A DNA stretch of 64,000 nucleotides from a virus (lineage: Duplodnaviria > Caudoviricetes): IMG/VR virus record IMGVR_UViG_3300030419_006472, positions 1-64,000 of that record; one strand, 5' to 3'. The notes below the pieces were generated by a model. The model was not told where the DNA came from. It ran no database searches and saw nothing but the letters and a program-made list of their open reading frames with translations. The translations under genes were made by a program, and so were the position numbers. Below, piece after piece: positions 1 through 10,133 of the stretch. Numbering within the stretch: the first letter of the stretch is position 1; every line of letters starts with the position of its first letter.

Positions 1-1742
1 TGATCATTTACAACACATATAGCAGGAACAATCGAAGTACCTAAATTAGCTTTAGTGTAATGAGTGTATATTTTTTTATTTAAATTTTCGAAAAATGAAT
101 AATGATTATATATTAATTTCTTTGTAGTTTTATTAAACGTAATATGATTAACTATTTCTTGAGGTAATACATATATATCAGATAATGTAAAATAATTTGT
201 ATAAAAAGCCTCATTATATAATTTTGTAGTAGTATTTTTATCTTTAAAAAGATATGTGGATGTCTTATGACCAGACGCTGGCCATACAGGGGGTCCACTA
301 TAAACATCGACTTGGTTACCTGATACTACGCTAGAGAGAGTAGTTGTAGTTATTGCTAGATAATCATGACCATCATGTAATACACTATCAAATGAAGCAA
401 TTGTTTGTGCACTAGTATTTTGAAAATCAGTTGTTAGATTAATAGGTATAGACCATTTAGAGTTAGGACCAACTCCAGGATGGTTTATTTTTCCTGTACT
501 AAAATTTAACCTAGTTATAGGTGTATCTAAAGCTGTTTTATATAGTTTATATATATTTCTATTACTGGCTATATATAAAACATTTTTTGAGGATTTACTA
601 TTAACTATCTTTTTAAAATTACTTCCTTCAGGTTTATATAATTTTCGCTGAGTAATTGTCGAAGCAGGTCTCGCTTCAGGAAATACATAAATTTCATATG
701 GTAAATATGATTCAAATATTTCTACAGGGTCTCCTATAACTCTCGAAACTGGATCATATTCAAAAATCCTACCTTTATTAGTAAGTATATAACCGCGAGG
801 ATCTGTATTTGTATTAGATAGCTCATCTACAACAATTGAAACCGGTTCCTCTGGCGACAAGCCTGTAGGGTATGTAAACAAATCACCATGTTTAATTTCT
901 TCAATAAAATTAAAATTTAAATCATATATTTTAATACTACGAGCACCATTATCTAAAATATATATTTTTTCTTTATGAATACTAAAATCAACAGGATCAA
1001 CTAGTCTGTTTTTTACTTGAGTATATTGAGTACCTCCAAGTGTTTTTAGTAAAATACGACCAGGTTTTTCATCTACCTTAGATACTCTAGCTGTAGTTCG
1101 TTTAACGGCAACATCATTAGTTAAAAGACCAGAGGCCTCGAATTTAAATAATGTCTTATGACCTCGATCTAAAACAAATAAGAACTCATCAACAATATCT
1201 ACTCCTGTAACTCGGTCAAATTTAAATGCGTTTTTATCATCTTGACTATATTCAACAAAATTACCTGATAATATTGTTGAAAGAGAAAGAGTTCTAAAAC
1301 CAGTGCTACTCTCCAGTACTGCCGAATCTCCTTTAGAATATAAAAAGTACACAAATTCATTACTATCAAGTTTTTTTGTTATATGCGTTTGAATATGACC
1401 GTACATAGAAGACAAACTATTACCAGAAGCTGGATTAAGCTCTGTTGAAACAAATGTAGGAAGGAACCTATTATCAAGATTAATGTAATGAGTATGCGCT
1501 GATGTAGGGCATTGAGATGTTACCATTTCAGCGTTAGCAATTAACCATAAATAATTCCGATAAAGTTTACGAATACTGTCATTATATACTTCTGTGACTG
1601 CAAAGTCATTATGACTAATTTTAATATCTTCTAAAGAATATGGTAAGCTAACAGCAGGAGTTTTAAGCGACCCTAGCACTCTGTTTGTAGGATAGCCAAT
1701 ACCGGTTACTGCAGTAACCTCATTGTATAGTGTATGAGCCAT
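1..1742 (-). CDS. Large putative virion structural protein with NHL/beta-propeller-like repeats (partial, runs off left edge)
   Basis: Not in the ORF track. Manual translation from ATG at 1742 gives MAHTLYNEVTAVTGIGYP... with propeller-like blades (FLFVLDRG, IYILDNGARSIKIYD). TAAATA lies 7 nt upstream. Confidence 0.6.
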   Translation of the reverse strand, partial: MAHTLYNEVTAVTGIGYPTNRVLGSLKTPAVSLPYSLEDIKISHNDFAVTEVYNDSIRKLYRNYLWLIANAEMVTSQCPTSAHTHYINLDNRFLPTFVSTELNPASGNSLSSMYGHIQTHITKKLDSNEFVYFLYSKGDSAVLESSTGFRTLSLSTILSGNFVEYSQDDKNAFKFDRVTGVDIVDEFLFVLDRGHKTLFKFEASGLLTNDVAVKRTTARVSKVDEKPGRILLKTLGGTQYTQVKNRLVDPVDFSIHKEKIYILDNGARSIKIYDLNFNFIEEIKHGDLFTYPTGLSPEEPVSIVVDELSNTNTDPRGYILTNKGRIFEYDPVSRVIGDPVEIFESYLPYEIYVFPEARPASTITQRKLYKPEGSNFKKIVNSKSSKNVLYIASNRNIYKLYKTALDTPITRLNFSTGKINHPGVGPNSKWSIPINLTTDFQNTSAQTIASFDSVLHDGHDYLAITTTTLSSVVSGNQVDVYSGPPVWPASGHKTSTYLFKDKNTTTKLYNEAFYTNYFTLSDIYVLPQEIVNHITFNKTTKKLIYNHYSFFENLNKKIYTHYTKANLGTSIVPAICVVND

Positions 1743-1812
1743 TATTAATTATTTAACGTTTTTGCCTTGATTTAACAGATTGAAGTTGCAAAGACATTTG
1801 TAAATATTTATA

Positions 1813-1995
1813 ATGCCGAGGAAAAAAGTAAAAAAAGAAAGACACAAAATAACTCCTGATCTTATTTTAGATTTATACAAACACACTAAAACATTACCTG
1901 ATCCAGAAAAAGAAGAAACAGTTGAAAAAGTAAAAGGTCTCGTAAAATACATAGGCAGTGAAATTAGTATAGATTTACATGACATCAAAAATTAA
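1813..1995 (+). CDS. Small hypothetical protein
   Basis: 60-aa ORF with TAAATA (1801-1806) 6 nt before ATG; overlaps the start of the PRTase gene. Confidence 0.55.
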   Translation: MPRKKVKKERHKITPDLILDLYKHTKTLPDPEKEETVEKVKGLVKYIGSEISIDLHDIKN

Positions 1996-2458
1996 ATTAT
2001 CTTGGGAGAGTATTGAACAAGACGTATCTTTATTAACAAAAAAAGCAAAAGATTTTCATCCTACATGTATTCTCGGTGTTGCAAACGGTGGGATGATTCC
2101 TGCGACTCTCTTAGCGAAACTATTAAAAGTTGATAAATTACTTTCATGTAACTTAAAATCATATCAAGACGATGCACCACGAAGTGGTCCTCATAATATA
2201 AATGATGTAGTAAAACAAATCTCCTTTCCAACGCAAGATGAATTAATGAGAGAGAGAGTTTTAGTAGTCGACGATCTTGTTGATACAGGATTAACTCTAC
2301 AAAAAATATATAACAACTTTGTTTTATATAATGATCAATATAATATAAATTGGGATTTTGCTACATTATATTATAAACCTAAAACATCCTTCATGCCTGA
2401 TTATACAGTAAGACAATTTGACAATGATGCGTGGATTGTTTTTCCGTGGGAGAAATAA
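1979..2458 (+). CDS. Type I phosphoribosyltransferase (xanthine/guanine PRTase-like)
   Basis: ILGVANGGMIPA, PRPP-binding VLVVDDLVDTGLT and C-terminal WIVFPWE typical of the Gpt family. Confidence 0.85.
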   Translation: MTSKIKLSWESIEQDVSLLTKKAKDFHPTCILGVANGGMIPATLLAKLLKVDKLLSCNLKSYQDDAPRSGPHNINDVVKQISFPTQDELMRERVLVVDDLVDTGLTLQKIYNNFVLYNDQYNINWDFATLYYKPKTSFMPDYTVRQFDNDAWIVFPWEK

Positions 2459-3517
2459 TTAAGTATATCCAAGCATGGTTAAAGTATGACCAGAGTTAAA
2501 TACTAAATCAGACGCATCAAAGGCAGCCCCGACTTCACCAATCCGAAACTGAAAATGAAGATTACCAGTTGTTGAGTTACTACTCAACGGGCAGAAGAAC
2601 TGTACAACTCCGCCATGTGTTAAACCACCACTACCTTCTGATCTTTCATAAGCAGCTGATAAAGTTGGTGCAGCATTATTTTGAAGAGCACCATCTCTCA
2701 CTTCAAGAAGACCATGTTTTTCATTACCCCATGTACTAGCATGACCTGGCCATAAAAACTGAAATAAACCTGTAGTGGCATTTTTAGGAACACCAGACGG
2801 GTTTGTGTATGTTAGCCAATTACATGCTGAACCAGCTCCACTATGAGTAGAAATCGTTACAGGTGATGAAAGAAATTTTAAAGTACCATCGGCGATTGCT
2901 ACAGAGTCTGTAGTAGCGGATAATTGACCACCAGCTGTAACAACAACATTTCGGTTACCAGTTCCTTTGAGACCAACTACAAACGCGCTACCACCAGTTA
3001 CACTGGTTGTTGATACTGTACCACTAAAAGTTACATCACCGGAAATATCACCACCTGAAATATAATCCCCTTTAATATCATCAGTTTGTACATGTATATT
3101 ACCAAAGGGTATACCAGAGTTAATCGATACCCAGCTAGCTGTCGCACTTGCATCAGTTGCAGTTAATAACATAACACAAGTAGCACTTGCATGAGGAGTC
3201 GAAGTTGTAACTCCATCGGCTTTATAATATTGTAATGCAGGAAAGACAGCTAAATCTCCTTGCATAGCATAACCACCTGTACCACCATCATATGCAGAAG
3301 CTTGTACTAATTTAGTATGAAAATGGCGACCTAATTCACCACCGCTAACATGAATAGTAGTTCCTACTGATCTACCGCCCGCTGTTGAACCATCCCCGAT
3401 TACTATTCTAAAGGCGTCTGTAGAATATCCGAGTTCGCCTGCGCACAACGTGGTAAGCTTTCTATCTGTATCAGTACCACGTCGTAAAAATAATCTAGCC
3501 TTCTTAACCTCTGCCAT
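2459..3517 (-). CDS. Putative tail fibre / virion appendage protein
   Basis: N-terminal LFLRRGT...GELGYSTD...IGDG.TAGG resembles the Mtd/hyaluronidase-type fibre N-domain; G/S/T-rich; late promoter upstream. Confidence 0.65.
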   Translation of the reverse strand: MAEVKKARLFLRRGTDTDRKLTTLCAGELGYSTDAFRIVIGDGSTAGGRSVGTTIHVSGGELGRHFHTKLVQASAYDGGTGGYAMQGDLAVFPALQYYKADGVTTSTPHASATCVMLLTATDASATASWVSINSGIPFGNIHVQTDDIKGDYISGGDISGDVTFSGTVSTTSVTGGSAFVVGLKGTGNRNVVVTAGGQLSATTDSVAIADGTLKFLSSPVTISTHSGAGSACNWLTYTNPSGVPKNATTGLFQFLWPGHASTWGNEKHGLLEVRDGALQNNAAPTLSAAYERSEGSGGLTHGGVVQFFCPLSSNSTTGNLHFQFRIGEVGAAFDASDLVFNSGHTLTMLGYT

Positions 3518-3571
3518 ATAAAATATTTAATATCTAGATGTGATTAATACAAGACTTATTAAATAATTAAA

Positions 3572-3811
3572 ATGAACAAAAATGAGACCTATTATGCATT
3601 AGCTACACAACAAGGTAGCTCTATTAAGCTTGAAATTAGAGAGACAGTAAAAGGCAATGTAATTAAAACTTACAGATACCCAGGTACTCTAGAAGGTCAG
3701 CCTGTCGTTTCTGGAGATACTGTAAACCTTACGGTAGCAATAGGTTCTTATAGGAAAATGATAATCCAAAACTTAAAAACCGCAAAGAAAGTAGAACGTC
3801 GAATTCAATAG
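3572..3811 (+). CDS. Hypothetical protein
   Basis: 79-aa ORF with TAAATA 6 nt upstream. Confidence 0.6.
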   Translation: MNKNETYYALATQQGSSIKLEIRETVKGNVIKTYRYPGTLEGQPVVSGDTVNLTVAIGSYRKMIIQNLKTAKKVERRIQ

Positions 3812-3827
3812 CATAAATACTTATGTT

Positions 3828-4253
3828 ATGAATGATTTATTTAATTACTTAACAAAACCACGGGTAGCAAGATCATACAGTCCTATGTTTGATCTTTTTA
3901 ATACACTAGAGCAATCATTTACTGGACCGTTTGAATCATTTTCAAATGATAATATCCGGTTTAATGAAACTAAAGAAGGGTCAAATGTTGAAATTGATCT
4001 TCCGGGTGTAAAGAAAGAAAACCTTAAAGTCACTTACAACGATGACACGGACGTAGCTTATGTTGAAGCTAAACGAACCATTACTACAAAAACCGGTTCT
4101 AAAGAAGAAACATATAACCGATCATTTAAAATTGATGGAAATGATTTTAATGTTGAAGAACTAAAAGCAGAAATTACTGACGGTGTTTTGCGTATTAATG
4201 TTCCTAGAGCTGAACGTAAAGAACAAAAAGTAATTAACGTCGAAGTGGCTTAA
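3828..4253 (+). CDS. Small heat-shock protein Hsp20
   Basis: Alpha-crystallin motifs EIDLPGVKKENLKV, YNRSFKI, AEITDGVLRINVP. Confidence 0.9.
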   Translation: MNDLFNYLTKPRVARSYSPMFDLFNTLEQSFTGPFESFSNDNIRFNETKEGSNVEIDLPGVKKENLKVTYNDDTDVAYVEAKRTITTKTGSKEETYNRSFKIDGNDFNVEELKAEITDGVLRINVPRAERKEQKVINVEVA

Positions 4254-4276
4254 ACCCTTCTATCTAAAATAGTTAC

Positions 4277-4315
4277 AGGTAGCGAAATATTAAAGTATTT
4301 CGCTACCTTTCTTTT
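4277..4315 (+). terminator. Intrinsic terminator after hsp20, overlapping the stop of the convergent gp5-like gene
   Basis: Perfect 13-bp stem AGGTAGCGAAATA / TATTTCGCTACCT, 6-nt loop, followed by TTCTTTT. Confidence 0.7.
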
Positions 4316-6638
4316 CATGTGATACAGGCTGAGCTTGTGCTCGAATATGACTATTACATTCTTCACCAACACCACGAACACCGTCTTTTTCTTTATATAA
4401 CTTGAGAGGTAAATTCTTAAACGGATGAGTATGTGGATATGACTCTACTTTGTCGTCATTACTGTCATCATTTAAAGTTAATGTTATTTTACCCTTACCT
4501 GTGTTGGTTCTTCTTCTTTCATGCTCCGTTATGTTAAAATCCGCAGTAAATTCTAACCCTTCTAATAATTTAGCAAATAACGTAATCGGTTCTGTTTCCT
4601 GTATTTCGACAGGTGCAGAAATATGATGAACACTTAGTTCGCCTTCGACATGAGCACCTCCTTGAACGATGAGGTTTTGAGTAACACCTAAATTACTATC
4701 TACTAATACTTGCTTACTATGTTTATTTCGTAGTGTTAATATTTCAGCAGCAATATCAATTCTCTTTGACGACATATTAATCTCATACTCCGAACTTATA
4801 TTAACTTGTTGACCAGCAATATTTGTTATCGTACCTCCAATATCAACTCCACCCGTAGACTTAATACTAACACCTCCACTACCAACTAAAACATTCCATT
4901 TATTTCCAATATTTTGTGTATAATCTCCTCCCGGGAAATCATCTTGATGAACATATTCCAATAAAGCTGATTCTTTCTTTGTAGTAGCAACACCTTTAGT
5001 AAACACATTTACTTCATAATTTTCTATCTTACCGACTTCATCTATACGTACTGACGGGAAGTCGTTATAAACTAAACCAATATTTTCTATTTTATGCTTT
5101 GTGATGTTTACAATCTCACTACCACCAAGACCTAATTTCTTCTCAATATTAATTATTTTCTGAATCTTTGCTTGTAAATTATCTACCACAACCTTCTCTT
5201 TATCAGACGCAACATCCCAATTACCATCTTTACTAGAAGGACTCTGACCCGTACCTCCGCATACCGGGCAAACTTTTTTACCTAAAAACTGTCTTGGACT
5301 AGACGGGTCAATTAAATCGCTAAGAGTATTAGCGTACAGTGAGTCAACTTGCCCTGCATGATCAAATGAAGAATTACCGCTATCATATGCAAAATTTTGC
5401 GTTACCGATTTAAATGTATATATATTGTCCCATATCTGATCTTTTTGAAACACATCACTACAAAGCGGACATTGTGCCGGTGTACCAACTTTTCGTTGAA
5501 GCCCTGAGGTCTTTTTTATAAAATCATTAGGATCGTTTACTGGCTCAGTTCTTTGTAGCTCAAATAATTGCTTACCGTCGGCAATATCTTCCATAAGATC
5601 TCGCCATTCTTTTTGATATTCCCTATTTAAATTACCAATTTTCCTGTAATAATCTCCATTAATAATCTGATCATAGTCTCTACCAACATAGTCATTTTTA
5701 GTTCCATTAACAGTAAAAAACTCATCACCTAAAACTAATTTTTGATTATTCTTTGTTGCAAATTCTATATTAACATCGTTATTAAATTCTTTAAATGAAC
5801 CGGAATAATGAGTCAATTTTAAAGCTTCTTTAGTGTCAGTACTAACTATTTCTATAGTACCACCTTTTTGATTAATAACATACTTATTTCTATAAATGTC
5901 TGTATTATGATTATATTCAGTACTTATATTTTCATACGAACCGGGATAATCTAAATCAGAATTATATATTGACTTCCATTCGGCGGAGCCATACGTTGTC
6001 GCAAAATAAATCGGGTTATTTGGATCCCCTTCCGCAAAAAACACCCACACATGAGCACCTACATTAGGTATACTAAAACTACCTTTTGCACTATTAGAAT
6101 AAGAAGTTGGAACATAATTATATGAAAATCTATTTACATTATTAAATCTAACTTCATTTTTATCTGAAAATGCATCAGCAACTTTAAGGTCGTGATGCTC
6201 ATATTTTCTAGACGGCTTTTCACCTATACCGTCTTGGTTTAAATTATACTCACTTTCAATAGACTCCTCCGCAGGAGTCGAACTATTAACGTTATTAGAA
6301 TCCGATATTGTTGCTGTTTGAGTATATGCGTTATATCTTGCAGGAGCAACACTACCTGCTATCGGAGATGCACACTCTGCCCATGGAACTACTACTTTAA
6401 GCTCTTCTATAATATCTGTAATATCACTGTTAATATTTCTTCCGATAAATTTAAATGCTTTATCATTATTATTCTCGTCCCAGTTTTTATAAATTGTAGG
6501 TGAGACAGGAGGTACCCATACTTTTATTCTACCTCCTTTATCGGGATCATTGTTTTGTATAACTAGTCCTATATAATTACCGAAATATTTCTCAGTGTCG
6601 TTTAATCCTGCATTTGCATTTACATGTATACTACTCAT
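4290..6638 (-). CDS. Baseplate hub/spike protein, T4 gp5-like (OB-fold N-terminus, beta-helix, no lysozyme recognised)
   Basis: YIGLVIQNNDPDKGGRIKVWVP and FSIPNVGAHVWVFFAEGDPNNPIYF match the gp5/VgrG OB domain; beta-helix repeats; C-terminal HTH (His-x-His) spike motif. Confidence 0.8.
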   Translation of the reverse strand: MSSIHVNANAGLNDTEKYFGNYIGLVIQNNDPDKGGRIKVWVPPVSPTIYKNWDENNNDKAFKFIGRNINSDITDIIEELKVVVPWAECASPIAGSVAPARYNAYTQTATISDSNNVNSSTPAEESIESEYNLNQDGIGEKPSRKYEHHDLKVADAFSDKNEVRFNNVNRFSYNYVPTSYSNSAKGSFSIPNVGAHVWVFFAEGDPNNPIYFATTYGSAEWKSIYNSDLDYPGSYENISTEYNHNTDIYRNKYVINQKGGTIEIVSTDTKEALKLTHYSGSFKEFNNDVNIEFATKNNQKLVLGDEFFTVNGTKNDYVGRDYDQIINGDYYRKIGNLNREYQKEWRDLMEDIADGKQLFELQRTEPVNDPNDFIKKTSGLQRKVGTPAQCPLCSDVFQKDQIWDNIYTFKSVTQNFAYDSGNSSFDHAGQVDSLYANTLSDLIDPSSPRQFLGKKVCPVCGGTGQSPSSKDGNWDVASDKEKVVVDNLQAKIQKIINIEKKLGLGGSEIVNITKHKIENIGLVYNDFPSVRIDEVGKIENYEVNVFTKGVATTKKESALLEYVHQDDFPGGDYTQNIGNKWNVLVGSGGVSIKSTGGVDIGGTITNIAGQQVNISSEYEINMSSKRIDIAAEILTLRNKHSKQVLVDSNLGVTQNLIVQGGAHVEGELSVHHISAPVEIQETEPITLFAKLLEGLEFTADFNITEHERRRTNTGKGKITLTLNDDSNDDKVESYPHTHPFKNLPLKLYKEKDGVRGVGEECNSHIRAQAQPVSHEKKGSEIL

Positions 6639-6648
6639 TTTGTTTATT

Positions 6649-7797
6649 TTAATATCCGGGTGTTGGTGGGTTTGGTAGCACTCTATTACCTTCCGGTAAT
6701 ATTTTCATTCTTAATCCTGCAGCTGTTTCAACAGGTTCATCGGCCTGACGTTTTGATAATTGCATTAATCTAGCACCTCCTTTAAAACGGTGCCTAGACT
6801 TCACAATTGAACTAACAGTATTATTACTTACTTTTTGATCTTTTTGTATACTTGTATTAAGAGTACCTACAATTTGATCACTTTTATTCATAATATCTTG
6901 TTGTTTTTTATCAGGATTATTTCGCCATTGTGCTATTGTTGTGTCAGGCACTGGATCTCTTGTTGACGACTCTCCTGTACGTCTAGGAGAAGGTGGGTCT
7001 AATTCATCTATTTGATTTTTTCTTTCCGTATCTTCAAATTCCTGCTCTCTTCTTCTCTTCCCTTCTTCAAAAGCATCCATTAATTCCTTTACTTCTGCAG
7101 AAGAAGCAGGTGTTGCTTCCGGGCATATATCTCTAATCTGTCCATGTAAGCGTTGTTTAAATAATGTTAATTGATGTATTTTAATTTTCTGATACATTAA
7201 ACCACGAAGCTCTGCGTCTATTTTTTGTTCTAATTGATTACGAAACTTTCCTAAAATACCATTTAATCTATCTTCAATATTTATCAAAAAATCTATAGTA
7301 GGGAGTTTATTAATTAAGTCTCTTATAGCTTTATTAATACAGCCAAGTACTGTCTTCATAAATGTTTGCTTAAGAGCGCTTATCTGTGACGTAATATTAT
7401 CTAATACTGCACCACCTAGACTACCTAATAAATTATCTTGATCTAAACTAACTCCTGTAAATTTTTCTAAAGTACTCGTTATAGCTTCTTTAGGGGTTAG
7501 CTTTAATCCCTGTTTATATGCCACGGCTAGCTGTTTAACTTGCCGAGGTGTAACCGTAGCGATAATGCCCGTCTTTTTGTCTCCTGTTAACTGATCTGAT
7601 ATCTTAGTAGGATCTAAAATATCTGCAACTGCATCAACTTTTTTCTTAATTGCCTCTTTTATTATTTTTCCTGATATCAAAGTATTTTTAGCAAATTCTT
7701 TAAACGGTCGAATCGTTGGAATTGCGATTACTTTTCTAAAAGCCGCCACAGCACCAGCCGCAGTACTTGTAAGAGCCTTTTTAACAGATCCTGGCAT
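6649..7797 (-). CDS. Hypothetical late (probably baseplate/virion) protein
   Basis: Track ORF 6649..7869; the start is more likely ATG 7797 (MPGSVKK), 8 nt downstream of a perfect TATAAATA. Confidence 0.6.
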   Translation of the reverse strand: MPGSVKKALTSTAAGAVAAFRKVIAIPTIRPFKEFAKNTLISGKIIKEAIKKKVDAVADILDPTKISDQLTGDKKTGIIATVTPRQVKQLAVAYKQGLKLTPKEAITSTLEKFTGVSLDQDNLLGSLGGAVLDNITSQISALKQTFMKTVLGCINKAIRDLINKLPTIDFLINIEDRLNGILGKFRNQLEQKIDAELRGLMYQKIKIHQLTLFKQRLHGQIRDICPEATPASSAEVKELMDAFEEGKRRREQEFEDTERKNQIDELDPPSPRRTGESSTRDPVPDTTIAQWRNNPDKKQQDIMNKSDQIVGTLNTSIQKDQKVSNNTVSSIVKSRHRFKGGARLMQLSKRQADEPVETAAGLRMKILPEGNRVLPNPPTPGY

Positions 7798-7805
7798 ATT
7801 ATAAT

Positions 7806-7813
7806 TATTTATA
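7806..7813 (-). promoter_or_regulatory. T4-type late promoter TATAAATA
   Basis: Exact T4 gp55 consensus 8 nt upstream of ATG 7797; gp55 is encoded in the window. Confidence 0.7.
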
Positions 7814-7814
7814 C

Positions 7815-7842
7815 TTGATCTTTGTAGTACATATGCTATAAT
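7815..7842 (+). promoter_or_regulatory. Sigma70-type early promoter of the dpdA operon
   Basis: TTGATC-N16-TATAAT with extended -10 TG, 6 nt before ATG 7849. Confidence 0.7.
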
Positions 7843-7848
7843 ACCTGT

Positions 7849-8667
7849 ATGACGATTAAGGTGTCTCATGAATCTCCTATTGCTCTACTACCAGAGTCAA
7901 TATTATACAACGATTATCAATATTGTTTAGTACATTTAATGGAAGAAGAACCAGAATATAGAGACTGGTTTCTCGGAAAATATAGAGCCATCAGACCAGA
8001 TGGTGAAATTCTATTAGATAATTCTATTTTTGAACTTAAGGAAGCGTTTGATTCGGAAAAATATGCACAATGGTGCGAGAAAATAAAACCAAATTATTAC
8101 ATTGTACCAGATGTATTAGAATCAGCATACGGTACAATAGCAAACTTTAAAGCATTTACACAAGATTATAGTGGTCTTCCGGGAGCAACTATCGGTGCAG
8201 TTCAAGGTAAAACATGGACGGATGTCGTTGATTGCTATAAGTTTATGTCAGAGAATGCAGATTATATTGCTATGAGTTTTGACTTTAGTATGTATAATGT
8301 AACGGGTTTTAATCGATTAATTGATAATGAAAAACTTATGCGACAAACTACAGGAAGACAAAACCTTGTAAAAAGACTTATTGATGAAGGATGGTGGGAT
8401 TGGGATAAACCACATCACTTGTTAGGTGCTTCATTGGCTAGAGAGTTTAAGTGGTACGTGAATAATAACATTTATAATATTAGAAGTCTTGATACATCTA
8501 ATCCAGTTGTAGCAGGATTATTAGGTTATCCTTATCAAGGAGATTTTGGTCTAAGTCATAAACCTAGTCAATTACTAGCACATATGATTCGAGCTCAACC
8601 TGATGATGACGCAAAAGAACTTATTAGATACAACACAAAGATGTTTAAAAGTATTATTGGACGATGA
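7849..8667 (+). CDS. dpdA: DpdA-family (DpdA3-like) 7-deazaguanine transglycosylase, TGT fold
   Basis: TGT-like motifs ILLDNSIFE, IVPDV, GAVQG, HHLLG, IRSLDTSNP; first gene of an operon ending in queF. Confidence 0.75.
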   Translation: MTIKVSHESPIALLPESILYNDYQYCLVHLMEEEPEYRDWFLGKYRAIRPDGEILLDNSIFELKEAFDSEKYAQWCEKIKPNYYIVPDVLESAYGTIANFKAFTQDYSGLPGATIGAVQGKTWTDVVDCYKFMSENADYIAMSFDFSMYNVTGFNRLIDNEKLMRQTTGRQNLVKRLIDEGWWDWDKPHHLLGASLAREFKWYVNNNIYNIRSLDTSNPVVAGLLGYPYQGDFGLSHKPSQLLAHMIRAQPDDDAKELIRYNTKMFKSIIGR

Positions 8668-9236
8668 AGTGGATTGCATTTTTTAGTCAAACTGGTTCTG
8701 AAATTGTTAATATATCTAAGACTATCAATAGATGGCCAGATCTTGTTGTAACTAATAAACAAAATGACGAAAGTACTAATATTGAGCTTGTTCGACGAGT
8801 AAACCAACAACTAATTAATATAGTTAGATTACCAAAATGGCCAAAGGAAATGGATTATCTTAGAGCAGCAGATGCTTTAAATTATTCTATTTTAAATGAC
8901 GATTGGACAAACGATGTATTTGTAACTCTTCATGGGTATCTTAGAATATTACCTCCTGACTTTACTAGATCATCTAATATCTTTAATGGTCATCCAGGAG
9001 CTATTCATATCTATCCTGAACTTAAAGGTTTTAATCCGCAGAAAAAGGCTTGGGAAGCAAACCATATTCGAGTCGGGTGTGTTATTCATAAAGTAACCCC
9101 CGAACTCGATGATGGTCCTGTTATAGAAAAGTGTCTTATTAATAATGATTTTGATTCATACGAAGAACTAGAGAAAGCTCTTCACGTTGAATCTACAAAA
9201 CTTTGGATAAATTTTTTAAATGAAAGATTACGATGA
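8664..9236 (+). CDS. PurN-like formyltransferase (DpdN-like preQ1 formyltransferase)
   Basis: FSQTGS, LHGYLRILP, NGHPG, HKVTPELDDGPVI are formyl-THF transferase motifs; translationally coupled to dpdA. Confidence 0.8.
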   Translation: MKWIAFFSQTGSEIVNISKTINRWPDLVVTNKQNDESTNIELVRRVNQQLINIVRLPKWPKEMDYLRAADALNYSILNDDWTNDVFVTLHGYLRILPPDFTRSSNIFNGHPGAIHIYPELKGFNPQKKAWEANHIRVGCVIHKVTPELDDGPVIEKCLINNDFDSYEELEKALHVESTKLWINFLNERLR

Positions 9237-9570
9237 AATTAAAAAAACGGTAGAAGCAGATTACCCTCAAACATGCGCAATGTTGAAGAATTTGCTCGAA
9301 GAAGAATATAAATTGTTTATTCAGAAACAATACGATTACGGACCAGGTAACATTTCAGTTGGTCAAGACGTATCGAAACCAGAAGGACAAATAGTCGCAA
9401 AAACCGGACTAGTGTTTCGTATTCATGATAAAGTACAGAGATTGATTAATCTTATCATTGTGAAACGTACTGACGAAGCTGCCAATGAACCAATTATCGA
9501 TGCTTGGAAAGATTCAAGTTTATATTGCAAAATTGCTCAGATAGTCGATAATGGTACTTGGGGCAAATAA
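9220..9570 (+). CDS. DUF1599 / nucleotide-modification-associated domain 1 protein
   Basis: KQYDYGPGNI, RIHDKVQRL, EPIIDAWKD..Y pattern. Confidence 0.7.
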   Translation: MKDYDEIKKTVEADYPQTCAMLKNLLEEEYKLFIQKQYDYGPGNISVGQDVSKPEGQIVAKTGLVFRIHDKVQRLINLIIVKRTDEAANEPIIDAWKDSSLYCKIAQIVDNGTWGK

Positions 9571-10133
9571 TGTTAATATCTTTTACAGGAGCTCAATCTT
9601 CAGGTAAGACGACGTTACTCAATCATTGGACTGATTGCAGGAATCACTTTAAAGTAGTTCCGGAAGTTACGCGTAAGTTAAAAAGACAGGGGTTTGAGAT
9701 AAACGACGATAGTAGTAACTACGTCGATACTCAAATCGCAATATTAGCTGATCATCTAAATAATATATTTTTATATGCTAATACAGAAACAACTGGAATA
9801 GTTGTAGATACTATTTTAGATAGATGTATTATTGATGGATTTATTTATACACGATACTTTCGACGAGAAGGTAAAGTAGATGAATTTGTAGATAAGATAT
9901 TTACTTATATGCTGAAAAAGTATATTGAGAAATATGATTATATCTTTTATACTAGCCCGTATGATGTAGCTCTAATTAATGACGGAGAAAGATCTATGAG
10001 CGAGAGCTTTCGCAATAAGATTATAAAATTATATGAAGAATTAATCTTAGATAAGTATCCGAATGTTTATGTACTTGAAGGAAGTGTTGAGAGTCGCTAT
10101 AATAAGATGACAGAGATAATATATAATGAGTAA
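9570..10133 (+). CDS. P-loop nucleotide kinase/ATPase (AAA_28/NadR-like)
   Basis: Walker A GAQSSGKTT, VPEVTR, ILDRCIID, DGER; probable start ATG 9570 overlaps the upstream TAA. Confidence 0.75.
   Translation: MLISFTGAQSSGKTTLLNHWTDCRNHFKVVPEVTRKLKRQGFEINDDSSNYVDTQIAILADHLNNIFLYANTETTGIVVDTILDRCIIDGFIYTRYFRREGKVDEFVDKIFTYMLKKYIEKYDYIFYTSPYDVALINDGERSMSESFRNKIIKLYEELILDKYPNVYVLEGSVESRYNKMTEIIYNE

Noticed and set aside
7798-7869. Track start of ORF 6649..7869
   Set aside because: It would overlap dpdA and both promoters; ATG 7797 after TATAAATA is more plausible.
8664-9236. purN as a purine-synthesis auxiliary metabolic gene
   Set aside because: It is coupled to dpdA in an operon with queF and no other pur genes are present, so base formylation fits better.
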